Source of the DNA: Phoronis australis
Lineage: Eukaryota > Animalia > Phoronida
DNA length: 64,000 nucleotides
Reading direction: 5' to 3'
NCBI GenBank assembly: GCA_002633005.1
Contig: NMRA01000004.1
Span: 238,353 to 302,352 of the forward strand
Part shown: positions 52,553 to 64,000 of the stretch, one piece after another
Layout of the letters: each line of letters opens with the position of its first letter
Position numbering within the stretch: position 1 is the stretch's first letter
Notes under the pieces: generated by a model
Told to the model about the DNA's origin: nothing
Seen by the model: only the letters and a program-made list of their open reading frames with translations
Database searches by the model: none
Made by a program: the position numbers and the translations under genes

Positions 52553-55500
52553 ATGGCGTGGCTAGACACAAAGGCACTTACGGTTTTCGTCTGCTCTTTG
52601 AGTAAGTGGAAATATTCACGATGGCTAGAAAACAGACCCCCAGGAACTCCAAACGGCCACTTTTTGCCAAGAATGGTTTTCGTAATTCAATTTATTTACC
52701 AGAACAAATGATACATTGAAGGTCATTCTACACAAGTGTTATTCGACATTATGAAACTAGCTGCATGAAAGTCTATAAGTTTACAACTATATGCTAATAA
52801 ATACCCAAAATTCCTTAAGGGTATTAATTGGGGAAATTTGTGGTTACTTTTCAAACGAAGGAAAGAGGACAATAACTTCCAACAATGTTTGAAACCAGGA
52901 CTTCTAACGTCCTGTTTTTGTCAACATCAGTTGCTGAACGGATCGCTTAGCCGTTTAGTTGATTAATTTTTACACTGGAGAAAGTTGACATGGTATTTGC
53001 TGAAATGTTCATCTTGGGGTTGAATAACTTAAAACGCTACCTTGAACGAGAGTTACGAATGATAAACACGGGGTTTCAGGATATTTCTATTATCAATCGC
53101 AGGCGTGGCGTACTGTAGTTGTCCTCAACCCGTAGCTGGTCAACCCGACCCCCCATGCTGTCAGAAAACGTATGGAATAGTCAATACCTACACGCCAATA
53201 GATGAATGCAGGCGATTCAAGCAGACAGCTCCTGGTTACGCACCAGGAATACACCAGTGTCCTTTACTTCATCTATTTAGCACAAGAACCTGTCGATGCG
53301 AACTACCAAAGGATGTTAATTGTCATTCAACAGGTGAGTCAAAGCTTTTCATTTAAGCCGACGTTTCTGAGAGCAAGCTGAACGAAAGCAAGTCTGAATG
53401 ATGCCGGATCCACGAGAGACGACCACCCCGCTTTCCGAACTGCTTTTTGAGTATCAGTTTTGGAAATAATGAATCTGCTTCCCGCAACGCACAAATCTGC
53501 ATTGAGCTCCGAACTATTGTTTCAAGTGTATGCGTACGTGCCACTCAATTGCATACCCTGCATTCGAAAGCTAAAGACACCTGCCGGAATGCTCGATTTA
53601 GATTTCAAGCACATTCTAAATATTTGAATGGCATTTACTCAAAGCTTTGTTCTAGTGAATTTGGCAGCAACTGCTGTAAATTCCAAATCAATGTGCCACG
53701 ATGGACTTGACGCATCCAATGAGGGAACACGACGTTCAGTGTTTTGTAATCTGTCTAACCTTTCGATTTATTACTTAACTCTGGGTTGCTTAAACTAAAC
53801 TTGAGTTTACCATTTCTTAAAGAAAGGCGCGAACTGACTACTAATTGTTTGAAAAATGATATTTCAGGTGGTGCTGGCGGTTGGGGACAGTGGATGACAA
53901 AGACAAGTTGTATCGGACAATGTGGCAGCACAGGGTACATGGAACAGACTCGTGCCTGTGACAATCCACAGCCATCTGGTGGTGGAAAATATTGCCAAGG
54001 CCCGTCAAGTCGAACTGTAGCCTGTCAAACAGATCCATGTGCTACAAGTAATTTCAGAAAGTTTGATTTACGCTTTGGGGACTCAGAGAGCTTTTATTAT
54101 GGGTCCCTCGGCTCTAATGTTTAATCACGTGCTTGATCGCATACATGCACTTGCAAACAGGCACTGCACAAATCCAAAAATTGCAATGCACAGATTAGGT
54201 CAAATGAGCACACATGGTTCTTGTCTCTGTTTTTTTATCAAGTCGGTGGTGCAGTGCTTTTTCAGTTGATCACCTTTTCAAAATTGAAAAACCACCTGAA
54301 GGCCAGCAAAAATGGTACGCGTCTTTGTGCAGCTCGTCAGCAAAAAGAAACACGAGACCTTGGCTGAAATTGATGGGGGCAGGCTTCTTTAGTCCCTGAG
54401 AGCAAGCTTCAAACTGAGTCGGGGTAAAGAAACAGCATAGCTTTTATGTTAATATTTTCATCAAAACAACAATTTTAAGGGGAAGATAACTGCGGGGTTT
54501 TGTGTTGCCAGCTTCCTGGTTGTAGTAAAATAGGAATTGTTTACTTGCTTTATATGTCGAAGGCCCTACGGTTCAAACACTCACTATCTCCCCTACTTAA
54601 GCTGTTTTTACACGAGGAACAATTGTCACGGTGCGAGTTGTCACGGCTGTGCGACGTGCTCCACTTAAGTCGCATTTACACGACATTAGATCACAATCTG
54701 GATCGGCATGAGTCATTTACACAAAGACTGTCTGCCTATGCCAGCATAAACAATAGCGACCGTCCAAACTCTGTGGAATGCAAGCGGATCACCCGGTATA
54801 TACGTTATTGTGCAACCCCATTGGAAAGATAATCCCTTTCCGCCCTACCCCCGCCCAGTTGTGTTCAGACGTGTAGTTTACACTGAAGCAACTAATCGAG
54901 TGCAACTCGCTTTACCTCAAACCGGTGTCAAAAATGACCGCCGCGGTGTCAACTCGCTCCGTGCCAGTCGCGTTTACACACGCACTTGTTCCCGATCAGC
55001 TGTTCCATGTTAAGTGCCGTTTACACTCCAAAAGTTGACACGGATCAGCTGACACGGAGCGAAATGTTCCAGTATGTAAACGGCACTGACACGGAGCAAA
55101 TTGACACAGCGGTGACAACTTTTGCCACCCGTTTGTGAGGTGGGGCAATTTGCGCTCGAACATATTGCTCCGTGTCAATTTATACGCCATAAACGCGAAA
55201 CTAGGGCAAGGCGGAAAGGATCATCTCTACTGCGCTTGTGCAATGACCTACATACGGGCTCTCTGTCTCTGCAACTCCCGCTATTTGAAAACCTGCGCAT
55301 GTGCATTTCACTCTTCAGCCGGTACAACTTCCGTCTTGCCACAGTTAATGAAATCGCGTGTGTCAAACGGCAACTTGACTCCGATGAAGTTGCTCCGTGT
55401 CAGTTGCGCTGGATCAAAAGTTGATGTCTAAACGGGACTTAAGTTGCTCCGTGACAACTGTCTCCCGTGTAAATGCGACTTAACGAGCACACACCGGCGA

Positions 55501-56848
55501 TGTAAACTACGGTGATGGTGGAGGCGGAAGGTGGGAGTGGACTTGTCCACCTCCCAGTTTTTCATTCCAGACTTTCCAGAAAAACGTATATCGAGTCTTT
55601 GACTTCCCCGTTTGTTGTTTCTTGATATTACTTTATGATTGCTTGCCACCGAGTGTGTCAGCTTGAAATCTTAAAAGGTGCTGGATGATTTGCAAAACCC
55701 TCAGCCACCACCGTGACATATCAAGCGACTTTTAAATCACATGAGAGCGGGATTTTAATATGCCGTTATCAATTCAATCTATTTACCTGTCATTTAGGTT
55801 GTGTTGACCCTCACGACGGACTAGACCCCCTATGTTGCGAGAGAGTTTGGCCCGTGAACTCGGACGTCAACAGATACACTATAGTAACTGGGAGTGGCTG
55901 CAAGATGTACCATCACGAGGCTCTTGGAAACGCCAACGTCCCAGCCAGAAACAAACCGTGTCCATCTGGAAAGCTTTTCAACACAAGAAAATGTGACTGT
56001 GATGATGCCGCGAACGTGACCTGCCGTGACCAGTCGTCTCCCCCTCCAGGTAATCAAGTCGATGAAGATATTCAGACTAGAAAGTTCTAAGGGCCTGTGG
56101 CCGGTTACATGAGACAACTAAGCCTTCCCTAAATCTCTTGCGTTTTTGTTTCGTTCTTTACTGAAAGTTGTAATCTTTTTCTACCATTTTATCTTTATTT
56201 TTTAGCTCTTATGACATTTTCTAATAATATAACTAAAAACTGACCCCTTAATTTAATCAAAGTAATTAGGGATAAAATTGACGTAGTAATGATTCCCCAA
56301 AGCATTAGAAAGGACAATAAGTATTTTTACAAGCCCACAAATAGATTTAGGGAACTTAGTTGAGTCCCTATTTGGTACTGTTTCATGCAACGGGGCACAG
56401 GTAGGCACGTAGACAAAGAATATTGTTTGCTTTCCTTGATGTGTTTGGGCATATTCGTGGTAGAAATAAGACCCCAGTTGACTCCCAATGTGTAACTTAT
56501 TCCGTCTCAGTTCAATACTGAGATAAAAAAAAACGTAATAGGCTTATTTACTTTGTCAAATGGTATTAAAAATCATTGCTCCAGTTCCTTTATTTATGAC
56601 TGATTTTAGATCCTTGTGCTGACCCTCACGACGGCTTGAATCCGGCATGTTGTGAACGAGTGTGGCCCGTTAATGATGACGTCAACCGCTACACTCCAGT
56701 CCCGGGAACCAATTGTGCCGAATACAAACACGAAGCGCTCTTCAATGCAAATGTTCCGCCAGTAATACGGAATTGCCCCGCAACGTCTTGGTTCAACACC
56801 AAGAAATGTGACTGCGACTATGGTCCTCTTGTTGATTGCCGTGAATAA
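52553..56848 (+). CDS. Secreted Cys-rich protein: signal peptide + chitin-binding type 2-like domain + TSP1 + two chitin-binding-like domains (~316 aa)
   Basis: Phase-1 exons 52553-52601, 53103-53333, 53868-54047, 55798-56049, 56610-56848 total 951 nt, open; AATAAA near 57045; probable 5'UTR exon 52226-52256. Confidence 0.85.
53103..53333 (+). CDS. Chitin-binding-like domain 1 exon
   Basis: SCPQP...PPCCQK...DECRRF...QCPLLHLFSTRTCRCELPKDVNC; cgcag acceptor, GTGAGT donor. Confidence 0.85.
53868..54047 (+). CDS. Thrombospondin type 1 domain exon
   Basis: GGWGQW....CIGQCG..G...QTRACDNPQPSGGGKYCQG.......C....C, classic TSP1 pattern. Confidence 0.9.
54597..55483. mobile_element. Nested PIF/Harbinger-like MITEs in an intron
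   Basis: TTAAG..TTTACACG left ends at ~54597, ~54665 and ~55010; right ends TAAACGGGACTTAA (~55428-55441) and CGTGTAAATGCGACTTAA (~55466-55483); TWA-type flanks. Confidence 0.65.
55798..56049 (+). CDS. Chitin-binding-like domain 2 exon
   Basis: CVDPHDGLDPLCCERVWP...CPSGKLFNTRKCDCDDAANVTC. Confidence 0.88.
56610..56848 (+). CDS. Chitin-binding-like domain 3, terminal exon
   Basis: CADPHDGLNPACCERVWP...CPATSWFNTKKCDCDYGPLVDCRE*; paralogous to previous exon. Confidence 0.88.
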
Positions 56849-57486
56849 TTCGTGACGTGTGCGACGAACAAGATTGTACCTGGGCCCAGGAATTAATCTT
56901 CGACCCAGACTCAGGCTCGAAATTGAACCAATCAGGCCAGAAATTTGTAACTTTACTCCAACCATGGTCAGTTTTCGAGTCGAGTTCCGAGTACAAAGAT
57001 TAGGCCCGGGCCCTGCAGTACAGCTATGTAGATTCTCTCTGCATAATAAATAAAGCAAACCACGTCCCTGTTTTCCTGCAAACTAGGTCGTACATGCTTG
57101 CCAACAATAGTGACCTCAGTTAATAAATGGAATTTAGATACATGTAGGATAAAACTATTCAGATTTTGAAACGTTTCCGCGGAACACACCATATTTAAAA
57201 CGCAACGTAAGCACAAGTGCTCACCCCACCGTTCCATTCCAAGTTTTTGTCACTGAAGAATAAGATGAGACTTTAATTTGTGCTAAAAATTTTCCGTTGT
57301 GAATGTGAAGATTGCTTTCACACGGTACGGTATTTTTTGGTGTTTTGTATTTTTAAAAAACAAAAACCATTTTCTGACTGAGGAAGGTGGCGAAAGATTA
57401 CCTAATGTCGATGTAGACAAAACATCCCAGTACCCACTAAATACAAATCATGATTAAGACATTACTTATAAAAGGTAATTATTAGT

Positions 57487-57624
57487 CATGGGCGGCGCAG
57501 CACCGAAAAAAGAGGGGGGCGGCTAAAGCCCTCTCTGATGCACCGCCTATAGACCATGTGCAGCGTAGCACCGAAAAAAGTAGTGGGTCTACAGCCCCCC
57601 AGCCCTTATGGTGCGCCGCCCATG
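57487..57624. mobile_element. hAT-like MITE with 5-bp TSD
   Basis: TIR CATGGGCGGCGCA / TGCGCCGCCCATG, exact TTAGT duplication. Confidence 0.8.
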
Positions 57625-58259
57625 TTAGTTATTATTTCACTTCATCAACCATCCAGCTGAACCTGTTGATTCAATTAGAGCGGCATGATCAAAATGTCTT
57701 CGTCATAGAAAATAAAAATGCGTGAACTGCAAAGGTCTTCGGAAATTTAGAGGAGCGGTGTCATAAACCTCTTATTTATTCAGTGTTACATTTAGTAGAT
57801 AACTCATGATGACTTAGGAAGACTGTATGTCATGACTGGATAGATGGACGAGATAACTAAACTTTTGGAGAAATCCTCTAGGACTCAGTGTATGCAATGC
57901 TGTGTGGAGGAAGGAGTGAGGAAGACGTCTTTACTCGAACACTATACTTTATTGCGGACAGACTAACTAGTGCAAGGACATGTTCTTTTGTCAAGACCCA
58001 AGACCACATGCATAAGCATCGCATTTCATAGAATTGTTTAGCACGAGTTATGTAACAATCATTCTAATTAAATGTGGCATATAAGGTAAATGTAGTTCAG
58101 TGAAAACAGCAATACTATTACAGGGTAGGCCTACAACAGTTACGGAAACAGAAGTCTACGTGCATTCTTCTTGATAACTTCATTGTTACATCACGTATTC
58201 CAACAATACACTATTGTTTTGATACAAGACACACGTATGTAAAATATACCAGTTGAATT

Positions 58260-59023
58260 CTAAAATTCCGTAGTAGTCGTAATACCTGTGTCGATGCTAC
58301 TAATTCCCGCGCTGTCTTTTTCTGAAATTTCCCGTTTTTTCTCATCCTTGAAGTCACAAGATTCCTCTTCTAGGTTCGTGCACTTGAAGATGTCATACTT
58401 CAATGGCAATCTTTCGGTAAGGAACAACCAATCGGCCAATATAGATACAAGAATTACAGTGACCAAAGAAATTAACATACAAAAACTTTTAAAGGGGAAC
58501 AACTGCACACCACTCTCTTCATCAAAATAAGGATACTTAATCACGGCTGGCAAGCCGATAATGGGTTCTCCACCAAGTACTCTGAATGTAGTGCCAGTAA
58601 TGAAGCCAGCTAAAGATCCATATGTGTTGGAAAACTTACAATAAACAACGCAGACGAGTTGTGGAAATAACACAACATAAACTAAGTCTGAGCACAGGTG
58701 AAATAAATCATAAATTGATTTAATGGTTATCCCCATAACGCATGCAAGAGCCCCAACAACAAAAATAGCAACCCTCATGACCCAAACGATTTCTCGCTCG
58801 GACGCCTTCGGTCTGATAACCAACTTGTAGATATTGCGCGCGAACATCGAACTAGCAGACAATACGGAAGAGTCGGCAGACGACATCACTGCAGCAGATA
58901 TGGCCCCAAGTCCTATGAACGCAACTGCTTCCGGACAAAGGTATTGAAGCACTAATGGAAGGACTAATTTGGCATCTTCTGCCGGTATAGGCACCTCCCC
59001 CGGATACGACGTGCTGTTCCAAT
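58260..59023 (-). CDS. SLC5A7: SLC5A7 terminal exon
   Basis: ccttttacag acceptor; CHT1 signature [10 protein letters not shown]; TAG at 58260. Confidence 0.95.
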
Positions 59024-62000
59024 CTGTAAAAGGATATTCTCTCTCATAATCAAAATGATGCTGCAACAGTAGCATCCTCATCGGGGGGGGGGGGGGGGNG
59101 TCCAACCACTATCACTAAATATTTACTTTTTGATATTTGAAATTGTATCAAGTTCGTTGCACGACCTCACTCATTAACATTCTTTTTAAAAACCTCCACA
59201 TTCTAACAACAGAAAGAATTTGTAAAGCTAGATATCATTTTCCGTTTTAACTCGCTGTAGCATATTGGAAATGTTAAGCAAAGTACCCTCAGCTTGTTCG
59301 TGTATTTTAGTTCAAATTGCCAAAGAGGGCCCAATTGACCCAGGCGTCAGTGCGCGTGGCTTACTCCTTTGCAGACAATCAGACGGAATGCGACACTTCA
59401 TTACGGTCATCCTTGAGATGTGCAGCTTTGCTTATCACCACTTCAGAATCGTATTTTGTCCATGGTAAGTGAATTCTACTCATACAGCAAATATGTCCGA
59501 ATCGAAACTTCTTTGGCATATCGCGGCTCATCAGTCTACGCTGCCCTATTTACTCCTACATTCTTTATAATGAACAGCAGAAATTTATTTCCAAATCTTT
59601 GCTCGTAGAGCAAAATTTAGTCTCTCAACGAAAGAGAACACTGCGTGTTTACGCCAGTGTTGAGTGAAAAATATGTTAAATATTGAAACGTATGGATAGA
59701 AAAATCATGAAATTCGTACACTTTTAAGGGGTGTCCCTTTAATTCGTTTTTGATTTTGAAATTTGTAAGCACGTTGTGCATAATATTCCTTTTCTACAGA
59801 TGGTGAAAGGACAATGGAGGGGGGCACAGAACAGGAAAAGAGGGACAGGGACGAAGAAGTGTCCAATAAGAGAGGCGTATTGATTGCTTGCATCAAATGA
59901 TGGAAAAGGGAAAGAAAGAGGGGGGAAAGTAATACGTGACGTTGGTGTGATTCAGCAGTGGCTTCTTCTAGTGTGGGGTCAACTCAGTCAGAATATAATA
60001 TTGTCTTTTCTCAGTCTCATTGTCAAGATGGTGGCGATTATCATTCATGTGAAGAAGAGAACGATTTTAGCCCAGATATGAAAAGAAACGACTTTGGCTA
60101 TTTGACGACACCTATTAAAGACGACTTGAAGATGACATTCGTACAACAGGGTCCAGAAAGTTATCAAATTACAAGAGAACCTTTTGTGGAGAAGGAAAGG
60201 ACATCCTTTCCAAACAGTGGATTGAAGAGGTTTCCACGAACGGAGAATTGGTGAAACATGTTTTGCCTACTGTTTTGCTTGTTTGTTTTTTTTCTCAAAT
60301 GAGCAGCTGTCATCCATGTCAAAATTTACCAGTGAAGAAGGCTTCTGCATTTAAAAAAAGTTAAGTAGAATCCACGAGAAAAGCCCGTGTCATAGAGCTT
60401 GATTACCTCAACTTCGAAGTTCGACTACCACAGATGTTGACCTAATCTCAACAACAAGTGCCAGCTGAAGTTGAAAGATGGAAAGCCTAGGGAACGGATT
60501 GTCGAGGTATAATTATTTCTAGCAGAAAAAAACCTAGTCTTTCTAATTAAACCCCATCTCAGGTCGTTCATGTCACATGAGCAACTGGCCAACCCGGTTT
60601 CAATCAGCATTGAAAAAATGACTGATATTAGTAGTTAAATTAAACAAAGTTTCTAGTTTATGTTTGATATTCTTTACTCTTCTTAGTACTATGGTCCGTT
60701 TATTTGAGTAGAGAAAGGGGCATCCCATAAAAACCGCTCCAGGCATCGCCAACCTCTCCACGCTACTGTGCTGCAAAGATTGTAAACAAATTTATTTGCT
60801 TCTTGTATTATACTCCGTTGACCTAAGGTGACTGTATGTTCCACTGAGCATAAACAAACCCCCACAAATTTATGGTTTTTCTCTCTCTTACGCCTTACGT
60901 CAACTATAGACCGAATTTTGAATCGCCACTGAATGTCGTCGGCCATTTTTAGGACTTGAGTTGTGACTGTTTTATTTAGACTGCGACGGGAGCGCATTAT
61001 CAGGTGAACCAAAAGTGTGATTAATGCTTTCAGCAACATTAAATGAAGAAATGACCCTTTGTATCAAAATTCAATTGAACTAAAGACAATTGCTATGCAT
61101 TTTGTTTAGCTCACGTGCGTACATACGGACATTTTAATGAAAACTCTTTCGTCGGTAAAACGTTAAGATCCCTGCATATATAAGTATGCATTTGCTCTTT
61201 ATTCTTGTGGCTTTGCGAATTCTAAAATCGACCCAGGGTATTTTGAAAAATTACGTACTGGTAGCCCCTGGATCGTGTCTTGCATCCAGTAAGAACAACA
61301 TTTAATGTTGAATTTATATTTTGAAAATACTAAATAACTGCACAAGTGACATTTTTGAAAACAGGCCACGAACTGAAACCTACTGGTTTGATTCGAATGT
61401 TGAGCAGCAACACCTCTGCGTATTTATGTGGTACCATTGGCTGACGGACGTTGGAAATTTCAACGCGAGATGTCTCGATCGCGAATATTTAAAAACAAAA
61501 TGCTTCCATCGCGATCCAAGGGTGCCGGAGGATGTTTTAAGTTTTTCCGGTGTTCAGATAATTAAAGACATCTAATGTTGGAACGTCGACCTATACTGAA
61601 GTTAAGAATTTGTCAAGGGACATATATAGTGAATCGTCGAACAACTTACCCGTAGAAACTCCTATTGCGCCAATGAGAACAGCTGGAAGCGCGGAAACGA
61701 AACAGCCAGCGGCGGCAACGTACGACAGAACTTGCGCTGTCCCGGCGGTCTTAGAGGAAAGTACTCTTTGGAAGTAGACCTGCGAAACAGGATACGTTTA
61801 TAGAGTGGGAAGACCGGTGTCAGCTTGCAAATACAACTACTCCGTCTGCACATCCCCATTGTCGCAGACTTCATATATATCTATGCTATTACGGGAGAAC
61901 TGTGACGTTGGTGAATGGGAGTATTGGTGAATAGCATTTGGGGCCACTTATTGTTGACACGTCATCTGATCCATTCAGGTCATTTCATTTGGTTTCATGT

Positions 62001-63143
62001 CAAACATATCACTCCTCAGTGACTGGCCGATAATCTCATGAGTTGAAAGAACATCAGAAAAAATCAGACGTGCTTTATCTCCACGGCAAGTCCCATGAGA
62101 CTTTAGCCTCTCGAAAAATTATCACGAACTACCTCATACCCTAATTAATAGCATGCAAGTTGTACAACACGTAATGTACAAAAACTCGAAGAATAAAGAT
62201 TAGGACAATAATTCGACGTGTATTTGTGTCTGCGTTGGCAGCTTTCAGTTCCATGAAAAGACGCCAAAATTTTCGCAGGAACCATTTGCGGTTCTACAAG
62301 TTCGGGCTGTACGATCAACCCCCAAAAAATACGCTTTGGTTTCCATTTCATATCTAAGAATATTTTACTGGGTTGTAGAAAATTTTACCACTCAAACTTG
62401 ATGCAAAATAGATAGTGATGGTGAGTTTCAAAGATAATCTAGTTGCTGTCATTCAAAACGCACTGTAACAATGTCGAATGTATACATACCATCCCAAAAT
62501 GGTAACAAAAGAATTATAACAAATGAGTACGAAGATATCGTTTTGCTGGGAACTAACTGGGACACCAGAACGGTTCGAATTCCAGACGCCCTTAAGTTTC
62601 TTTGGAGAACGTAAAGGTTAGAGAAACTACCATGTTTGACTCTTGCTGCCGAAAACAGTTTTAATACCTAACGCAGCCAGCTGTGCAGTTTCAGTGCAGA
62701 TAAGTGAAAGGTAGAGAACGACTATAAACGAAATGTATGTTTTCTGCCGTGGGTTCGACTGGAACGAAGGATGCAGTAGTTGAATGGATGCTCATTGGGT
62801 GGAGCATGCAATAGTCCGTGGAAAAGTTAGCTATGGAAAACCTGAAAATGTCTGTTGTCGTTTTTCGACAATTAGAGTCAAATGCCGTCGTTTCACTAAC
62901 TTGCGTTGCAAATTAGACACTTTGGGGTTCCTGGAATGCGATAGAGGCATTTCCGGGATATCTGGTATATACAAACTTCTCCTATTAATATACCTGCCAT
63001 GGGAGGCCTCCAAAGATGAGCTGAAGGACCGTGTCAATCCAAACGCCTGTCCTGTGAGTCTCGAACGTGCCCAGCCATTCCGAGGCCGTGTCGCCAATGT
63101 TGTTCACGGCAGGGTTTGTCAAACCGAAGGGAATAGATATCCA
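58260..63143 (-). CDS. SLC5A7: High-affinity choline transporter (sodium:solute symporter family), last three coding exons; 5' part beyond right edge
   Basis: Exons 63143-62994 (...FGGLPWQ), 61779-61650 (VYFQRVLSS...IGAIGVST), 59023-58260 (DWNST...[29 protein letters not shown]...[12 protein letters not shown]); phases consistent. Confidence 0.95.
59067..60768 (+). mobile_element. Internally deleted hAT transposon (1.7 kb) with ZMYM1/TTF-type zinc-finger transposase remnant
   Basis: CAGTAGC...GCTACTG termini, exact 8-bp TSD TGCTGCAA; broken frames give GP..YQ...F...R.F.KQW...NGE...YCFAC...GF...HEKS.CH. Confidence 0.85.
61650..61779 (-). CDS. SLC5A7: SLC5A7 internal exon
   Basis: [26 protein letters not shown]; GTAAGT donor; not in ORF track frame. 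Confidence 0.92.
62994..63143 (-). CDS. SLC5A7: SLC5A7 internal exon
   Basis: [13 protein letters not shown]...[14 protein letters not shown]; 150 nt, phase 0. Confidence 0.92.
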
Positions 63144-64000
63144 CTGAAAGAGTTGGCGTTGCAAGTGAAAAATCAGCAACGGCAAAATTGACATTTGTTT
63201 ACATGTTACTGATTGCTTTCTTCAAAAGCACATTTTAAGGAAATGCGTTTTCTCTTCACCTTCTTTCCGAAAATTCCATAATGTAACGCCCTAAAAGGAT
63301 TTTGGCCGAACGATATGTGTGAAGCATGCCTATAAAGTTCAATATCGACATGCACTCTTTTTCGTTCCACGTGAATCTAGGATATTTTGAAATGAATATC
63401 GTTGAGAAAAACTCCCTACATAGTTCAAACGTGTAAGAGAATTTAGTAGAACCGTAAGGTGAAACGTTGGTGATCACCAAAGGCGTATCCGAACATAGAC
63501 CTACTTATGTGCCGTGGGTAGTTCTTTCAGGACCTGTTTCACTGCGAAAGGGGAACTTTTACGCTTAAATTCATCATGAAAGTTTTCGTTATTTTATGAA
63601 CTAGGAACTCTATAAAAAGGTTGTTGCAGCAAAACTGAGCGTAAGGGTTTCGTGCTTTTTTGATTTGTTGTGTGGAAATACCACAATTCATGTTTTTCAT
63701 AAATTTTAACCCAACAAATAAGCATTTTGTAGGATTTGAAGCACTAGAGGATTACCGAAAATCTCCTATTGGATGTCTTAACAAATGTGTCCCATTTGAT
63801 AGTGCTCAACAAATATGTCTGATTAAAAATCATCTAATAATTTTGGCCTTTGTTGACGCCAAATTTCAACGTAAATCAAGTATCACTATATGATAAATTC
63901 CTCGTAGTTATAATTGAGTGCTGTTCTGGCGTGAAAAAAGAGAGCGTACCATTGTGTCCCGGGTTCTATGCGTCCTGGGTTCTTTGTGTTACGGGACGGT

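Noticed and set aside
56606-57058. 150-aa minus-strand ORF, and plus-strand ORFs over SLC5A7 exons
   Set aside because: Antisense shadows of well-supported exons on the opposite strand.
59024-59105. N-terminal MDXPPPPP extension of the 281-aa SLC5A7 ORF
   Set aside because: Intronic and hAT sequence upstream of the true acceptor at 59023.

Overview
AT-rich, intron-rich animal genomic DNA from a draft assembly (scattered single-N gaps). The gene content suggests a marine invertebrate, probably a lophotrochozoan (inference). Most ORF-track entries are spurious; real genes had to be rebuilt from GT-AG exons. Four genes are supported: (1) a minus-strand QRICH2/C16orf96-like gene (ATG 30630, running off the left edge) with about 20 small phase-0 exons, including a recently expanded tandem exon array (PRRRKPRRRVEPDDYEYEEDTEDR) with live and splice-dead copies; (2) a minus-strand MIF4G-domain gene (MIF4GD/SLIP1-CTIF-like, 46900-37323); (3) a plus-strand secreted ~316-aa protein with three atypical 8-Cys chitin-binding-like domains and one TSP1 domain (52553-56848); (4) the last three exons of a minus-strand SLC5A7 choline transporter. 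Non-coding DNA holds L1/Tx1 and other LINE remnants, a THAP-bearing Kolobok element, hAT elements with 8-bp and 5-bp TSDs, Harbinger-like MITEs, minisatellites and a 1.34-kb N-joined duplication. One intron contains an inverted pair of Penelope-type minimal hammerhead ribozymes in which only the copy on the host's transcribed strand has a core-inactivating change. All calls come from reading the sequence by hand; no database searches were run.
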